Assembly: GCA_023426435.1 (NCBI GenBank)
Contig: JAFAAS010000018.1
Location: forward strand, 3,490 to 67,489
Length of the DNA stretch: 64,000 nucleotides
Direction: 5' to 3'
DNA from: Verrucomicrobiota bacterium
GTDB lineage: Bacteria; Verrucomicrobiota; Verrucomicrobiia; Opitutales; Opitutaceae
The translations under genes were made by a program, and so were the position numbers. The notes below the pieces were generated by a model. That model was given only the letters and a program-made list of their open reading frames with translations. It searched no databases and was not told where the DNA came from. Below are positions 33,712 to 43,178 of the stretch, piece after piece (the first letter of the stretch is position 1; every line of letters begins with the position of its first letter).

Positions 33712-35496
33712 TCACCACACGAACAGCAAACGCGTGCCAAGCCACGTGGCGACCACGAGCCCGATCGACGCGAGCGCGATCCGCAACATTCCACGATAAT
33801 ACCACGGAAGTTTCCGCTCGTGCCTCAGTTCGAGCGCGCTGCCAGATCCGAAAATTTTGTCCTGCGCATCGAGCTCATCCAGCCGCCGCAGCTCCGCTTC
33901 ATCGATCGATTCCGGGCCGGCTGGCACCAAGCCGGCGTCGACGAGCGCCGGCAGCTTGATCCCGGCTCGCACCAGCCGGGCTTCGTCGCCGACCGGCGTG
34001 TTCAACACCACATGAAAACGTCGCACCCGCGCGTCGTCCTCACGTCCCCCGAGCCAAGTGCCCGCCAGCATTCCCACCAGCGATGCGGCCGTGGAGACGA
34101 AAACCGTCATGGCGAACGACCGCTCCGCCGCAACCAGCCAGCTCACCTCATCGGTCAACGCGGTCGCGACCGATACCGCCAGATACCCGAGCGAACCGGC
34201 GAGCAGCGAGCACCATGCGCCCAAACGGTTCGAACGCCGCCACAACACCGCGAAGTAAATCGGAATGCCGAGAAAGCTCAGCAGGTTGAAGGCGAGTTTG
34301 ATGTATTGAGAAATCGAGGACAGCCACAGCGTCGACAGCGCCGCGAACAAGATCGACGCGCCCACCCAGATTCGCGCCGCTTTCAGATACTCCGACGCCG
34401 GCCGCCCTTTCGCGATAAAACGCCGATAGATGAAATCCACGAACATCGCCGACGAAGTCGTCGCATACGTCCCGGCACTCGACATCGCCGCCGCGAAGAA
34501 ACTCGCCAGCAAGAGGCCGATGAACATCGGCGGCAGGATCCGCTGCATCACGATCCCCCACCCCAATTCCGGGTCGGCCTGAAGCGCGGCGGCAAGCTCC
34601 GGCGCTTCGACGCTCAGCACGTCCCGCTGATAGATCAGAAATTGGATCCCGTAGAGCGCGAACAGCAGCGTGATGACGCGCTTCCACAAATGGCCCCAAC
34701 CGCACTGGGTCGCCGCGCGCTCGTCGCGCGAAACGGCGATCCAGTTGTAGATCCACGGCGCCGCGATTCCGCCGACGAGCGCCGCCACGTTCAGCGCAAT
34801 CACCGTTTCCAGGCCCATCGCCGGCGAAGTCATGTTCCAGGTTTCGTCCGGCAGCGCGCGCAAGGCTGGCAGCCCGCCCGACTCCTTCCAGAGAAACGGC
34901 AGTCCGACAAAGCCGAGAATCAACAGGCACATGAGTCCTTGGAAAATATCGTTGATCAGCGTCGACATCATCCCGCCAGCGCAGACGTAAACACCCACCA
35001 CGATTGCGATCAGCCAGACGTGAAACTGCACGTTCGCCGCAGGTTCTTCGAAAATCGGCATCATGCCCGCGAGAATCTTTCCGACCGCGAGCAGGAACAT
35101 CCCGATGAAGAGCACGCAAAGCGTCCCCGCGACGAATCCATAAAAGCCCGCGAGTCGCTCGCCATAGCGCATCGCGATGAACTCGGCCGCATTGTAAACG
35201 CGCGCGCGCCGATAGTAGGTCGCGAACGCGTAGTAGATCGGCGTCGCGAAAAGGAAACTCCACCAATACCACACGCCCGAGAGCCCGCCTTCATAACCGC
35301 CGCGCGCGACGACCACCGCTTCGTTGCCTGCGATCGCCGAGGCGAAAACGAAGATGAACGAGACCCACGGGCCCCATTTGCCGCCGGCGACGAGAAAATC
35401 TCCGAGCGTCTTCGTGCGCCGCCCGCCCACGATCACGCCGAAATACAGCACGGCCGCGAAGTAGAGTCCCAAAACCGTCCAATCGAGCCAGTGCAT
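33712..35496 (-). CDS. Sodium:solute symporter (SSS/SLC5 family) with an extra C-terminal soluble segment and terminal helix
   Basis: The N-terminus MHWLDWTVLGLYFAAVLYFGVIVGGRRTKTLGDFLVAGGKWGPW is typical of the SSS family. It has at least 13 helices. The C-terminal roughly 110 aa are soluble and followed by one more hydrophobic helix. Confidence 0.85.
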   Translation of the reverse strand: MHWLDWTVLGLYFAAVLYFGVIVGGRRTKTLGDFLVAGGKWGPWVSFIFVFASAIAGNEAVVVARGGYEGGLSGVWYWWSFLFATPIYYAFATYYRRARVYNAAEFIAMRYGERLAGFYGFVAGTLCVLFIGMFLLAVGKILAGMMPIFEEPAANVQFHVWLIAIVVGVYVCAGGMMSTLINDIFQGLMCLLILGFVGLPFLWKESGGLPALRALPDETWNMTSPAMGLETVIALNVAALVGGIAAPWIYNWIAVSRDERAATQCGWGHLWKRVITLLFALYGIQFLIYQRDVLSVEAPELAAALQADPELGWGIVMQRILPPMFIGLLLASFFAAAMSSAGTYATTSSAMFVDFIYRRFIAKGRPASEYLKAARIWVGASILFAALSTLWLSSISQYIKLAFNLLSFLGIPIYFAVLWRRSNRLGAWCSLLAGSLGYLAVSVATALTDEVSWLVAAERSFAMTVFVSTAASLVGMLAGTWLGGREDDARVRRFHVVLNTPVGDEARLVRAGIKLPALVDAGLVPAGPESIDEAELRRLDELDAQDKIFGSGSALELRHERKLPWYYRGMLRIALASIGLVVATWLGTRLLFVW

Positions 35497-35597
35497 GATG
35501 AAGGTCTCCTCAATTTTTCCGCCGAAAATTGAGCGGGGCTCCGCCCTGCCCTCCTCGTGCTGCGATGTTCACCTTCGGCGTCACGAACATCGCCCCT

Positions 35598-36536
35598 TCA
35601 CACCGCGTGCATCAGCCCCCGCAGATAACCCGCGGCGAACAAGCGGCCGAGCATTTCGTAACCGGGCGTCTCGTTCGTCTCGCCCGCCATCGACGGCGCG
35701 TGATCCGGCCGCACCGTTCCGCGATACCCGACCTCTTTCAACACGCGAAACACCGCCGCCATGTCGATCTGGCCGTTGTCATGCCAGGTCTCGACGAAGT
35801 GCTCCGCCGTGCCGCGCACATTGCGCGCGTGGAAGAAAAAAATCTTCTCCGCGAGCGATCGAATCCCGCCCAGCAGATCAATCCCGGCCGGTGAAAACGA
35901 TCCCACGCAGTAACAAATTCCGTTCGCCTTGCTCGGCACCAGATCGACCACGCGACGAAACGCCTCGTTCGAAATGATGATTTGATCCTGCCCGTTCACG
36001 GACGGCAGCGGCGGATCGTCCGGATGAAGCGCGAGCTTGATCCCCGCGTCTTCCGCGACCGGCACGACTTCCTCGAGAAAACGTTTCAGGTTGTCCCACA
36101 ACTTCGCCGCCGGCGTCGGTTGGGCGGGACGTCCGTCAGCATCCGTGACATTGCGCCCGATGTTGCGCAGATCGAACTCCGTCACTTTCGCGCCACCGCG
36201 CTCGAGCACCTCCGCACTCGTGCGCTGCCAATCTTCGGCCGGCATCCAGTTGTAGCAGAGAACGGTCATCTCCGTTTCGGCCATGTTGCGAATGAGCGTT
36301 TTGAAATCCTCCACCTGCTTCGCCCGGCCCGGCAGATCGTGCACAAAAGCGAGATGCGGAATCTTCCGCTCGATGTGCGTGAGGCGGATGCCGAACGATT
36401 CGACGCGACGCTTCATCCCTCGCAGCCGCTCCACGTCGAGTCCGGGATACGCCAGCACGAGTTCTTCGACCCCGACCTGCGCGGTCAATTGAAGATTCCG
36501 CTCGGTGAGCGGATTCACGATCATGGAAAGACGCAT
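35598..36536 (-). CDS. uxuA: Mannonate dehydratase
   Basis: TVLCYNWMPAEDWQRTS, VVPVAEDAGIKLALHPDDPP, FFFHARNV, VRPDHAPSM and TPGYEMLGRL align by eye with E. coli UxuA ([62 protein letters not shown]). The ATG at 36536 (MRLSMIVNPL) is preferred over the long extension to 36782. Confidence 0.8.
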   Translation of the reverse strand: MRLSMIVNPLTERNLQLTAQVGVEELVLAYPGLDVERLRGMKRRVESFGIRLTHIERKIPHLAFVHDLPGRAKQVEDFKTLIRNMAETEMTVLCYNWMPAEDWQRTSAEVLERGGAKVTEFDLRNIGRNVTDADGRPAQPTPAAKLWDNLKRFLEEVVPVAEDAGIKLALHPDDPPLPSVNGQDQIIISNEAFRRVVDLVPSKANGICYCVGSFSPAGIDLLGGIRSLAEKIFFFHARNVRGTAEHFVETWHDNGQIDMAAVFRVLKEVGYRGTVRPDHAPSMAGETNETPGYEMLGRLFAAGYLRGLMHAV

Positions 36537-36606
36537 AAACAACAGGGGTTCGGGGCGCGGAATCCACTCAGCCGATTCGTCGCGGGCGAACAATCTCACG
36601 CGGATT

Positions 36607-36625
36607 CGTCCGGATGAACCGGACG
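36607..36625. promoter_or_regulatory. Inverted repeat CGTCCGG-ATGAA-CCGGACG in the uxuA / propeller divergent promoter
   Basis: A perfect 7-bp inverted repeat lies about 70 bp from both start codons. GATTCGTC also occurs twice, at 36574-36581 and 36603-36610. Confidence 0.35.
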
Positions 36626-36699
36626 TCTGTTGCGCGAGCTGCGATCTTCTCAACGCTCCGCCTGCTTCCATTCCGGCCCGCGGCCCAAGCCCCTTTGCC

Positions 36700-38619
36700 A
36701 TGTCCTCCCGACTTTTCTCCGCCCTCCTCACCGTCGCCACACTCAGCGTCAGCACCGCGGCCGAACCCATCATGGTGCCCACGATCGAGGGCGACTGGTG
36801 GCAAGTCGCCGGTCAGCCCGATCTCGGCCCGCTGAACAGTCCGCGCCAGCAACCGGTCGACTTCGCGATCTGGCAGGCGCGCGACGGCACGTGGCAACTC
36901 TGGTCGTGCATCCGCTACACGTCGGACCCGAAAAACACGCGCGTTCTTTTTCGCTGGGAAGGCCGTGAACTCACGCAGCCCGACTGGACGCCGATGGGCG
37001 TGGCCCAAAAAGCCGATCCGTCCGTCGGCGAGTTCGAGGGCCGCATCGGCGCGCCGCACGTCGTCGAGGAAGGCGGACGCTACGTGATGTTTTACCACAG
37101 CGCCGGCTTCCACGCGCAGGTCAGCGACGATGGGAAACATTTCACCCGCCAGCTCGCGCCCGACGGCTCGGCCCGAATCTTCGGCGCCGATCCAGGCACC
37201 TACGGGCGCGATATCATGCTCACGCGGATACAGGACCAATGGCACGGCTACTACGGCGGGTCCACGCCGGATCCCACCGGCAAGCACTACGCCGCCGTTT
37301 TCGTGAAGATCGCCAAAACGGATTCGCTCTTTGGCGAGTGGGGCGACGAGTTCATCGTGAACTCCGAAGGCCAGGCCGGCAGCGGCGGCTACAACGCCGA
37401 ATGTCCGCAGGTGATCTTCCGCCACGGCTGGTATTACCTCTTTCGCACCGAGGTTTACGGCGCCAACAACCGCACTCATATCTACCGCTCCAAGTCGCCC
37501 TACAAGTTCGGCATCGACTCGGACGTGTATCACGTCGGCACCCTTCCGATCGCCGCGCCGGAGATCTTCGAGTATCAGGGCAACGACTACGTCGCCGCGC
37601 TCAATCCGGGTCTCGACGGGATTCGCGTCGCACGGCTCGGCTGGACCGAATCGACCGCCGAGGTCTCCGCCACCTCGCCGGTGGCGGCAAGCAAACCCGC
37701 CGCGCGTCCGATGAAGCCTTCGCTAGCTCCCGAAACTCTGTTGCTCGCCACGCCGCCCGAACTCCCGCCGGAGCTGCGCAGCCCTCGCGCGGAAGTCGCC
37801 GAACACACGCTTTTCCCCGACGCGCAGGGCACCTGGCATCTCTGGGCTTCTATTCGCAACACCGCCGCGGGCGATGTTCTCGGCCATTGGGAATCGAAGG
37901 ATTTCTTCTCCGACAGCGCCTGGCGTTGGACCGGTGAAATCGCGCGCGGCGATCGCTCCGCCGCCGCCAATATTCGTGCTTCACTCCGTTCGCCCGTTGT
38001 CGCGCAACACGACGGCCGGTGGTGGAGACTCCATAGCGAGCCCTCCAACGATCGCGACGCGACGGAGCGTCGCATCGTCGCGAGCGTTTCAGCCGACGGA
38101 CGCGCGTGGTCGCCCTATCGCGGCGCCGACGGAGGATCACAGGTCTTTTCCGGACCGGGAGCCGCTCGCGATCCATTCCTTGTTCGTTTCGGCGACACTT
38201 GGCACTGCTACTACACCGGAGACTACGACAACGACGAACGAAACTCCGCCGTCTATGTCCGCACATCGCTCGATCTGCTCGAGTGGTCCGAGCCAAAGAT
38301 CGTTCACGAAGATTACGAGCCGGTCGGCGGGCGCCGCGCAGACACCCACGAATCGCCCATCGTCGTTCAGCGCGCGGGCTGGTATTATTTGTTCCGCACC
38401 GCCGGCGGTGACGGAACTTACGTCTATCGCAGCCGGGATCCGCTCGATTTCGGACGCGGCTACATGGTCAACAAAGCCGTCGCCAAACTCCCGCTCACTT
38501 CGCCGGAACTCGTGGTCGGTCCCGATGGACGCGATTACGTGACATCCTCCCGCGACGAAGCAGGAGCACGCATTCGGATGTATCGACTTATCTGGGACAA
38601 CAGCGAGGCTGCACAATGA
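36700..38619 (+). CDS. Secreted protein with two tandem GH43/GH32-superfamily-like beta-propeller modules
   Basis: The ATG at 36700 (MSSRLFSALLTVATLSVSTAA) gives a signal peptide. Module 1 reads DFAIWQARDGTWQLWSCI...IGAPHVVEEGGRYVMFYHS...RHGWYYLFRTEVYGANNRTHIYRSKSPYKFG. Module 2 reads ...GTWHLWASI...RDPFLVRFGDTWHCYYTG...RAGWYYLFRTAGGDGTYVYRSRDPLDFG. Confidence 0.7.
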   Translation: MSSRLFSALLTVATLSVSTAAEPIMVPTIEGDWWQVAGQPDLGPLNSPRQQPVDFAIWQARDGTWQLWSCIRYTSDPKNTRVLFRWEGRELTQPDWTPMGVAQKADPSVGEFEGRIGAPHVVEEGGRYVMFYHSAGFHAQVSDDGKHFTRQLAPDGSARIFGADPGTYGRDIMLTRIQDQWHGYYGGSTPDPTGKHYAAVFVKIAKTDSLFGEWGDEFIVNSEGQAGSGGYNAECPQVIFRHGWYYLFRTEVYGANNRTHIYRSKSPYKFGIDSDVYHVGTLPIAAPEIFEYQGNDYVAALNPGLDGIRVARLGWTESTAEVSATSPVAASKPAARPMKPSLAPETLLLATPPELPPELRSPRAEVAEHTLFPDAQGTWHLWASIRNTAAGDVLGHWESKDFFSDSAWRWTGEIARGDRSAAANIRASLRSPVVAQHDGRWWRLHSEPSNDRDATERRIVASVSADGRAWSPYRGADGGSQVFSGPGAARDPFLVRFGDTWHCYYTGDYDNDERNSAVYVRTSLDLLEWSEPKIVHEDYEPVGGRRADTHESPIVVQRAGWYYLFRTAGGDGTYVYRSRDPLDFGRGYMVNKAVAKLPLTSPELVVGPDGRDYVTSSRDEAGARIRMYRLIWDNSEAAQ

Positions 38620-38655
38620 TTTCGCCGATGCGGCGCGCCGCCTTCCTTCAATTTC

Positions 38656-41559
38656 ATGAGCATGCGATTTAGTCGTCGCGATTTTCTCCGTATGGCCGGA
38701 TTCGCGACGATCGGACTGCCCGGAGCAGAACCGGGCACACCTTCAGTGCGTGCGGCAGGCACTCCGGCCGCCGCCAACGAGCCTCTGGCCCAGCCAGTTT
38801 GGTGCGACGACCACGGGTCGGGACGAAATGTTTTCGCGCATTTCCGCCTCGCCTTTGTGCTGAACGAAGCACCCGCCGACGCCTGGCTCCACCTTTTCGC
38901 GGATACGCGTTATCGCCTCCGGGTGAACGGTGAGATCGTGAGTTACGGCCCCGCCGCGTTTCTCGTCGAGCATCCCGAATACGATTCCATCGATCTCGCG
39001 CGCTGGCTGCGCGTCGGCGAAAACGAGCTGACGGTCGAGGTCAACTCACGCGGCGATACGTCGTTCCAGGCGGAGCGATCCCGTGGAGGTTTCGTCGCTT
39101 GGGGCGGGGCTCACGGTGCAAATTCCGCATTGCTCGCCGATTTCTCCACCCCCGGCGAATGGCACGTTAGGCGCGCGGATGCGTGGGCGCCTGAAGCGCC
39201 GCCGTTTAGTTTTGCGCAAGGCCCCGTCGAAATCGTCGACCTTTCTCGCCTGCCCGCGCACGGCAACGTCGTCGACGGCAGCACTTCCGATTGGCAGAAG
39301 CCGGTTTTCGCGGACCGCCGGGCTTGGGGAACGCTGTCTCCTCGGTCCGTGCCTCGGCCGGTATTGGATTTTTGGATTCCGCAGCGAATCGCGACACTCG
39401 CGCCTCTGGCAAGTTCGCTCACTCGCGTCTCCGCCAACCGGAGCTTGCCCGTTTCCGAACGCCCGGAACGCGGCCAGCGTTTCGCCTGCGCCATGTGGCT
39501 GCACGCGCCTTCTGCGCTCAGCACTCACCTGTCCGTCACGCCGGGAGAATTCTGGCTCAACGGCCTGCCCCTCGTTCAATCCGCCTCGTCCATGCGTCCG
39601 CTCGAGGCACGGTTCCCGATCGAGCTGCGCGCCGGTTGGAATCTCCTCTATGGCGAACTTCCGCCGCTTGCGCGAACTCTCGGCGTGATCGTCGGCTGGC
39701 CGCGTGAACATCCCCTGCGAGCCGCTTCGCATCCGCGCGACGATGCGCCGGAGAATCGCATCCGCTTCACTCCGCTGCTCTCCCCCGAACGCCTCCCTTC
39801 CATTCGCAGCGATGTGCCCGCCACGGAGGCCGGGCTCGAGCGGTTCGGCGAGTTGTTCGATGAAGGCGATATCCACACTTCATTCCCTTCACGCGAGATC
39901 GCTTGGGATCAACCCGTCGCGGCCATCGTCGAACGCCCCGACGAGATTGCGCCGCGGGAAATACCGCTCAGCGCAGCGGGCGAAGGTGTCGTGGTTTACG
40001 ATTTCGGACGCGAGTTCATCGGCCACATTTCGATCGAGATCGATTCGCCCGCCGGCGGCACGATCGACGTCGCCAACGAAGAACTGCTGCAAACCAACGG
40101 GGCCGTGCGGATGTTCCGGCCCAACCCGGGCATCAATCCCGTCGATCGGATTCACCTCCGCCCGGGCCTGAATCGCTGGGAAGGGTTCCACGCCCGCGGT
40201 GGTCGCTACGTCCAGCTGACCGTTCGCTCGAGCGGTCCCGTCACCCTTCGTCGCCTCGGGCTGCGCAATGCGCTCGTGCCCGTGCCGACAAGCGGCGCGT
40301 TTTCGTGCAACGACGACGTGTTCAACTGGGCGTGGGACACCGGCATCGCAACGCTCGAAGCGAGCCTCACCGACGGCTGGGTCGATCCGTGGCGGGAACA
40401 GGGCCTCTACATCGGCGACGTGCTCGTGGAGTATCTGGCGCATCGTATCTGGACGCGCGATACGACGCACATCGTGCGCGCGCTGCGCATGTGGGCCCGC
40501 AGCCAGCTGCCCGACGGGCAACTCCAGGCCGTCGTGCCGGCGTGGTTTCGACGCGCGCATGCCGACTACACCCTGCTGTGGATCGTCATCCTGCGCGACT
40601 ACGTCAGCCACACGGGAGATCGCGAGCTCGCGCAGGAACTTTGGCCGACAGTCGAGCGCATCTGGTCGAGTCCCACCTGGCGCTCGGGTCCGCGCGGTCT
40701 CTGGACCGCCGACGGCATGAATGTCTTCGGCGATTGGGGCGCGACCGAAGCGTCGATCGAAGGCGACGCCAACGGCATCCTCAACGCGTTTCGCGTCGGT
40801 GCGCTGCAAGCCAGCGCGGAGCTCGCCGAAACCATCGGCAAAAGCGAGCGCGCGGAGGCGTTTCGCCGCGAACGCGAGAGCGTAGCCGCGGCGTTTCGCG
40901 ACGTCTTGTGGGATCCCTCCCGCAATGCCTTCGCTCCCGGTCTGCGTGGCGGCGTTTTCGTCGACACCGCCTCAGCGCACGCCAACGCGCTCGCGCTTCT
41001 TTACCGCATCGCCTCACCCGATCAGGAAGCCGGCGCCCTCGCCACGGTGCGAACCGCGATCGAAAAAGCCGCGTCCGATCCCGGGCATTGTCACCGTCGC
41101 GGCGGCCACATCGAACTCTACTTCCTCCATTACGTGCTCGAACTGCTGGCCGATCGCGGACTTCTCGCGGAGGCGGAAACCATCATCCGCCGCTTCTGGG
41201 GTCTGCAGCGTGACCACGGCGCGTGGTGTTTGTGGGAAGCTTTTTACCGCGGACTCCGAAAAGAAGACAGTCAATGCCACGGCTGGGCCGCGGGCCCGAG
41301 CGTGTATTTCCATCGCACCGTTCTCGGCATTCAAACGGAGGCCGACCGCGTCACGATCGTCCCGCGCGCCGCAAGTCTCAGGCAGGCTCGGGGCGTTCAC
41401 CCGCACCCGCAAGGCGACGTCGTCGTCGAATGGCGGATCGAAAACGAAACGTTCTATCTCGATGTCGAACTGCCGGCGGGTCTGGCCCACGACGTGCGGC
41501 CCGGGCCGGCGTTTTCCCATCTCGAGCCGCGCGTTACGATCCGCACCCGCACCCCCTAG
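38656..41559 (+). CDS. GH78-like (alpha-L-rhamnosidase-type, six-hairpin) glycoside hydrolase with a Tat-type signal
   Basis: MSMRFSRRDFLRMAGFATIG is a twin-arginine motif. The N-terminal part ...LHLFADTRYRLRVNGEIVSYGP...IDLARWLRVGENELTVEV looks like a Bac_rhamnosid_N domain. The later part ...WVDPWREQGLYIGDV... and CHGWAAGPSVYFHRTVLGIQ is (alpha/alpha)6-like. The family call is by eye only. Confidence 0.55.
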   Translation: MSMRFSRRDFLRMAGFATIGLPGAEPGTPSVRAAGTPAAANEPLAQPVWCDDHGSGRNVFAHFRLAFVLNEAPADAWLHLFADTRYRLRVNGEIVSYGPAAFLVEHPEYDSIDLARWLRVGENELTVEVNSRGDTSFQAERSRGGFVAWGGAHGANSALLADFSTPGEWHVRRADAWAPEAPPFSFAQGPVEIVDLSRLPAHGNVVDGSTSDWQKPVFADRRAWGTLSPRSVPRPVLDFWIPQRIATLAPLASSLTRVSANRSLPVSERPERGQRFACAMWLHAPSALSTHLSVTPGEFWLNGLPLVQSASSMRPLEARFPIELRAGWNLLYGELPPLARTLGVIVGWPREHPLRAASHPRDDAPENRIRFTPLLSPERLPSIRSDVPATEAGLERFGELFDEGDIHTSFPSREIAWDQPVAAIVERPDEIAPREIPLSAAGEGVVVYDFGREFIGHISIEIDSPAGGTIDVANEELLQTNGAVRMFRPNPGINPVDRIHLRPGLNRWEGFHARGGRYVQLTVRSSGPVTLRRLGLRNALVPVPTSGAFSCNDDVFNWAWDTGIATLEASLTDGWVDPWREQGLYIGDVLVEYLAHRIWTRDTTHIVRALRMWARSQLPDGQLQAVVPAWFRRAHADYTLLWIVILRDYVSHTGDRELAQELWPTVERIWSSPTWRSGPRGLWTADGMNVFGDWGATEASIEGDANGILNAFRVGALQASAELAETIGKSERAEAFRRERESVAAAFRDVLWDPSRNAFAPGLRGGVFVDTASAHANALALLYRIASPDQEAGALATVRTAIEKAASDPGHCHRRGGHIELYFLHYVLELLADRGLLAEAETIIRRFWGLQRDHGAWCLWEAFYRGLRKEDSQCHGWAAGPSVYFHRTVLGIQTEADRVTIVPRAASLRQARGVHPHPQGDVVVEWRIENETFYLDVELPAGLAHDVRPGPAFSHLEPRVTIRTRTP

Positions 41560-41598
41560 GGAACGCCTCTCGGAAGCATCCGCTTGGGAGGCGGTTTC

Positions 41599-43020
41599 TT
41601 ACTTCCGGCCCGCCTGCCCGGCCGGCTCACTCTTCGGCTGAGCCGGAGCGTCGGTAGCCTCTTTCGCCCTACGTTTCACCAGGCCCGTCTTCTCCCAGTG
41701 CGCGAAGAGATACAAATAGCCGATGCCAACCAATCCCATGATGAAGAGGTAGTGGTAAGCGGCCATGTAGTTGTAGCGTCCTTCGGGCAAACCGTAGAGC
41801 CAACCGGAGCTGAACGAAATCCACAGCCCCATCGAGTTCGCCTGCACGAAGTTCACGAGGCCGAAAACGATCGCCAGTCCGCACGAGAGCGTGCCGAGAC
41901 GATTCGTCGATACGTAGTCGAAGAGCAACGGCACCGCCGCAACGATCATGATCTTCGCGACCGCCCCACGAATCAGCCCAAGCAAAATCACCATGTGAAA
42001 CGGCGGCAGCGCATTGGGCGCGATATATTCGGCGTAGATGTAGAAAAACACCTTCAGCCCGAGCACCACGGCCAGTCCGATCTTGAGCAACACCAGCCGG
42101 TCGAACTTGTCGGAGGCCCAGCCTCCCAACGGCACGACCATCAGCGCGATCAACATGCCGTAGCTCATGATCTCGCCGTATTCGGCTTTTGAATATCCCC
42201 ACTGGTCCGTCACGAGCAGCGGCTCGAATTGCTCGAGTCCCACCCAGAGATTCATCACCACGTAGCCCAGCCCAAAGAGCGGCAGGAGTTCGCGCGAAAA
42301 CAGACCCTTCAACAGACTCCAGATTTTCACCTCCCGGAACGGCAGCGCTTCGGCATCGGCCGGCTTCACTTCCTCGACGCAGCACCACAACAACACCGCG
42401 GCACCGATCAGGATCAGCGCATTGACCACGTAGATCAGCGTCTCGCCCGTGAAGGTGAACCCGCCCGGCAGCAGATAGGTTCGGTCGAACTGGCCGATCA
42501 GGACGTAAAAGAAAAAGATGAAAAACCCGCTCTGGATCCACTGCCGGATCGCTCCAGCCCGGCCGCGCTGCGCCGGAGGGATCACCTCCATTGTCAATGG
42601 TTCGAACGGATGGACCAGGTGGAATGCCAGCTGGTAAACGAGCACGCTCGCGGCGAAGCCCCACAGAAACGAGATGTGCGGCAGAAACAGCGAAATGATC
42701 CCCGCCGACAAAAATCCAACGATGAGAAACGGCCGCCTCCGCCCGTAACGCGTCCAGATCCGGTCGCTCACGAGCGAGCCGATCGAGCCCGTAAGCAATC
42801 CGCACGCGAAATTCAGGCTCGTGATAAAACCGATCAGCGCCGGATCGCTCGTGAACTTCCGCAGCGAAAACACCATCGCCGACTTGCTCAGCTGGTTGTG
42901 CACTTCATAACACATCCAGGGCAGCAGGATGATCGCTACCGTGAGCCACGACACCTTCGGCTGTTGCGTCAGAATCTTCTTCATCGCTCGCCTCGGCACG
43001 AACGCAGGCGTAAAGGACAT
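41599..43020 (-). CDS. MFS transporter, glycoside-pentoside-hexuronide (GPH/MelB-like) type
   Basis: Has 12 hydrophobic helices and SDRIWTRYGRRRPFLIVG (the D..G.rRPf motif of the GPH family). Confidence 0.75.
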   Translation of the reverse strand: MSFTPAFVPRRAMKKILTQQPKVSWLTVAIILLPWMCYEVHNQLSKSAMVFSLRKFTSDPALIGFITSLNFACGLLTGSIGSLVSDRIWTRYGRRRPFLIVGFLSAGIISLFLPHISFLWGFAASVLVYQLAFHLVHPFEPLTMEVIPPAQRGRAGAIRQWIQSGFFIFFFYVLIGQFDRTYLLPGGFTFTGETLIYVVNALILIGAAVLLWCCVEEVKPADAEALPFREVKIWSLLKGLFSRELLPLFGLGYVVMNLWVGLEQFEPLLVTDQWGYSKAEYGEIMSYGMLIALMVVPLGGWASDKFDRLVLLKIGLAVVLGLKVFFYIYAEYIAPNALPPFHMVILLGLIRGAVAKIMIVAAVPLLFDYVSTNRLGTLSCGLAIVFGLVNFVQANSMGLWISFSSGWLYGLPEGRYNYMAAYHYLFIMGLVGIGYLYLFAHWEKTGLVKRRAKEATDAPAQPKSEPAGQAGRK

Positions 43021-43178
43021 GAGAGTCGGGACTTCGCACTCATTGCGCAGCCATTAACCTTGGGGGTGGAAAGCATCACCGGGTTAGTCTGCTAGGGAAA
43101 CTACATCGTCCAGCGAGTAAGACCAACGCCCTCTCGTTCGTCCGGATGCACAGCACAACGCAGTGCGTCCATCCCCGG

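Noticed and set aside
33685-35532. A 615-aa plus-strand ORF over the symporter gene. Similar long antisense ORFs occur at 8949-10097, 10511-11644, 19853-21877, 26231-28276, 29767-31365, 51788-53206, 53222-55297, 56874-58988, 59977-61671 and 60546-62924.
   Set aside because: All are Arg/Pro/His/Gln-rich. Each lies antisense to a gene with strong family motifs. None has a recognisable domain or a plausible start context.
36505-36782. Mutually overlapping N-terminal extensions of uxuA (to 36782) and of the propeller gene (from 36505)
   Set aside because: The two extensions overlap each other on opposite strands and lack protein-like composition. The ATG at 36536 (MRLSMIVNPL) and the ATG at 36700 (signal peptide) leave a normal 163-bp divergent promoter.
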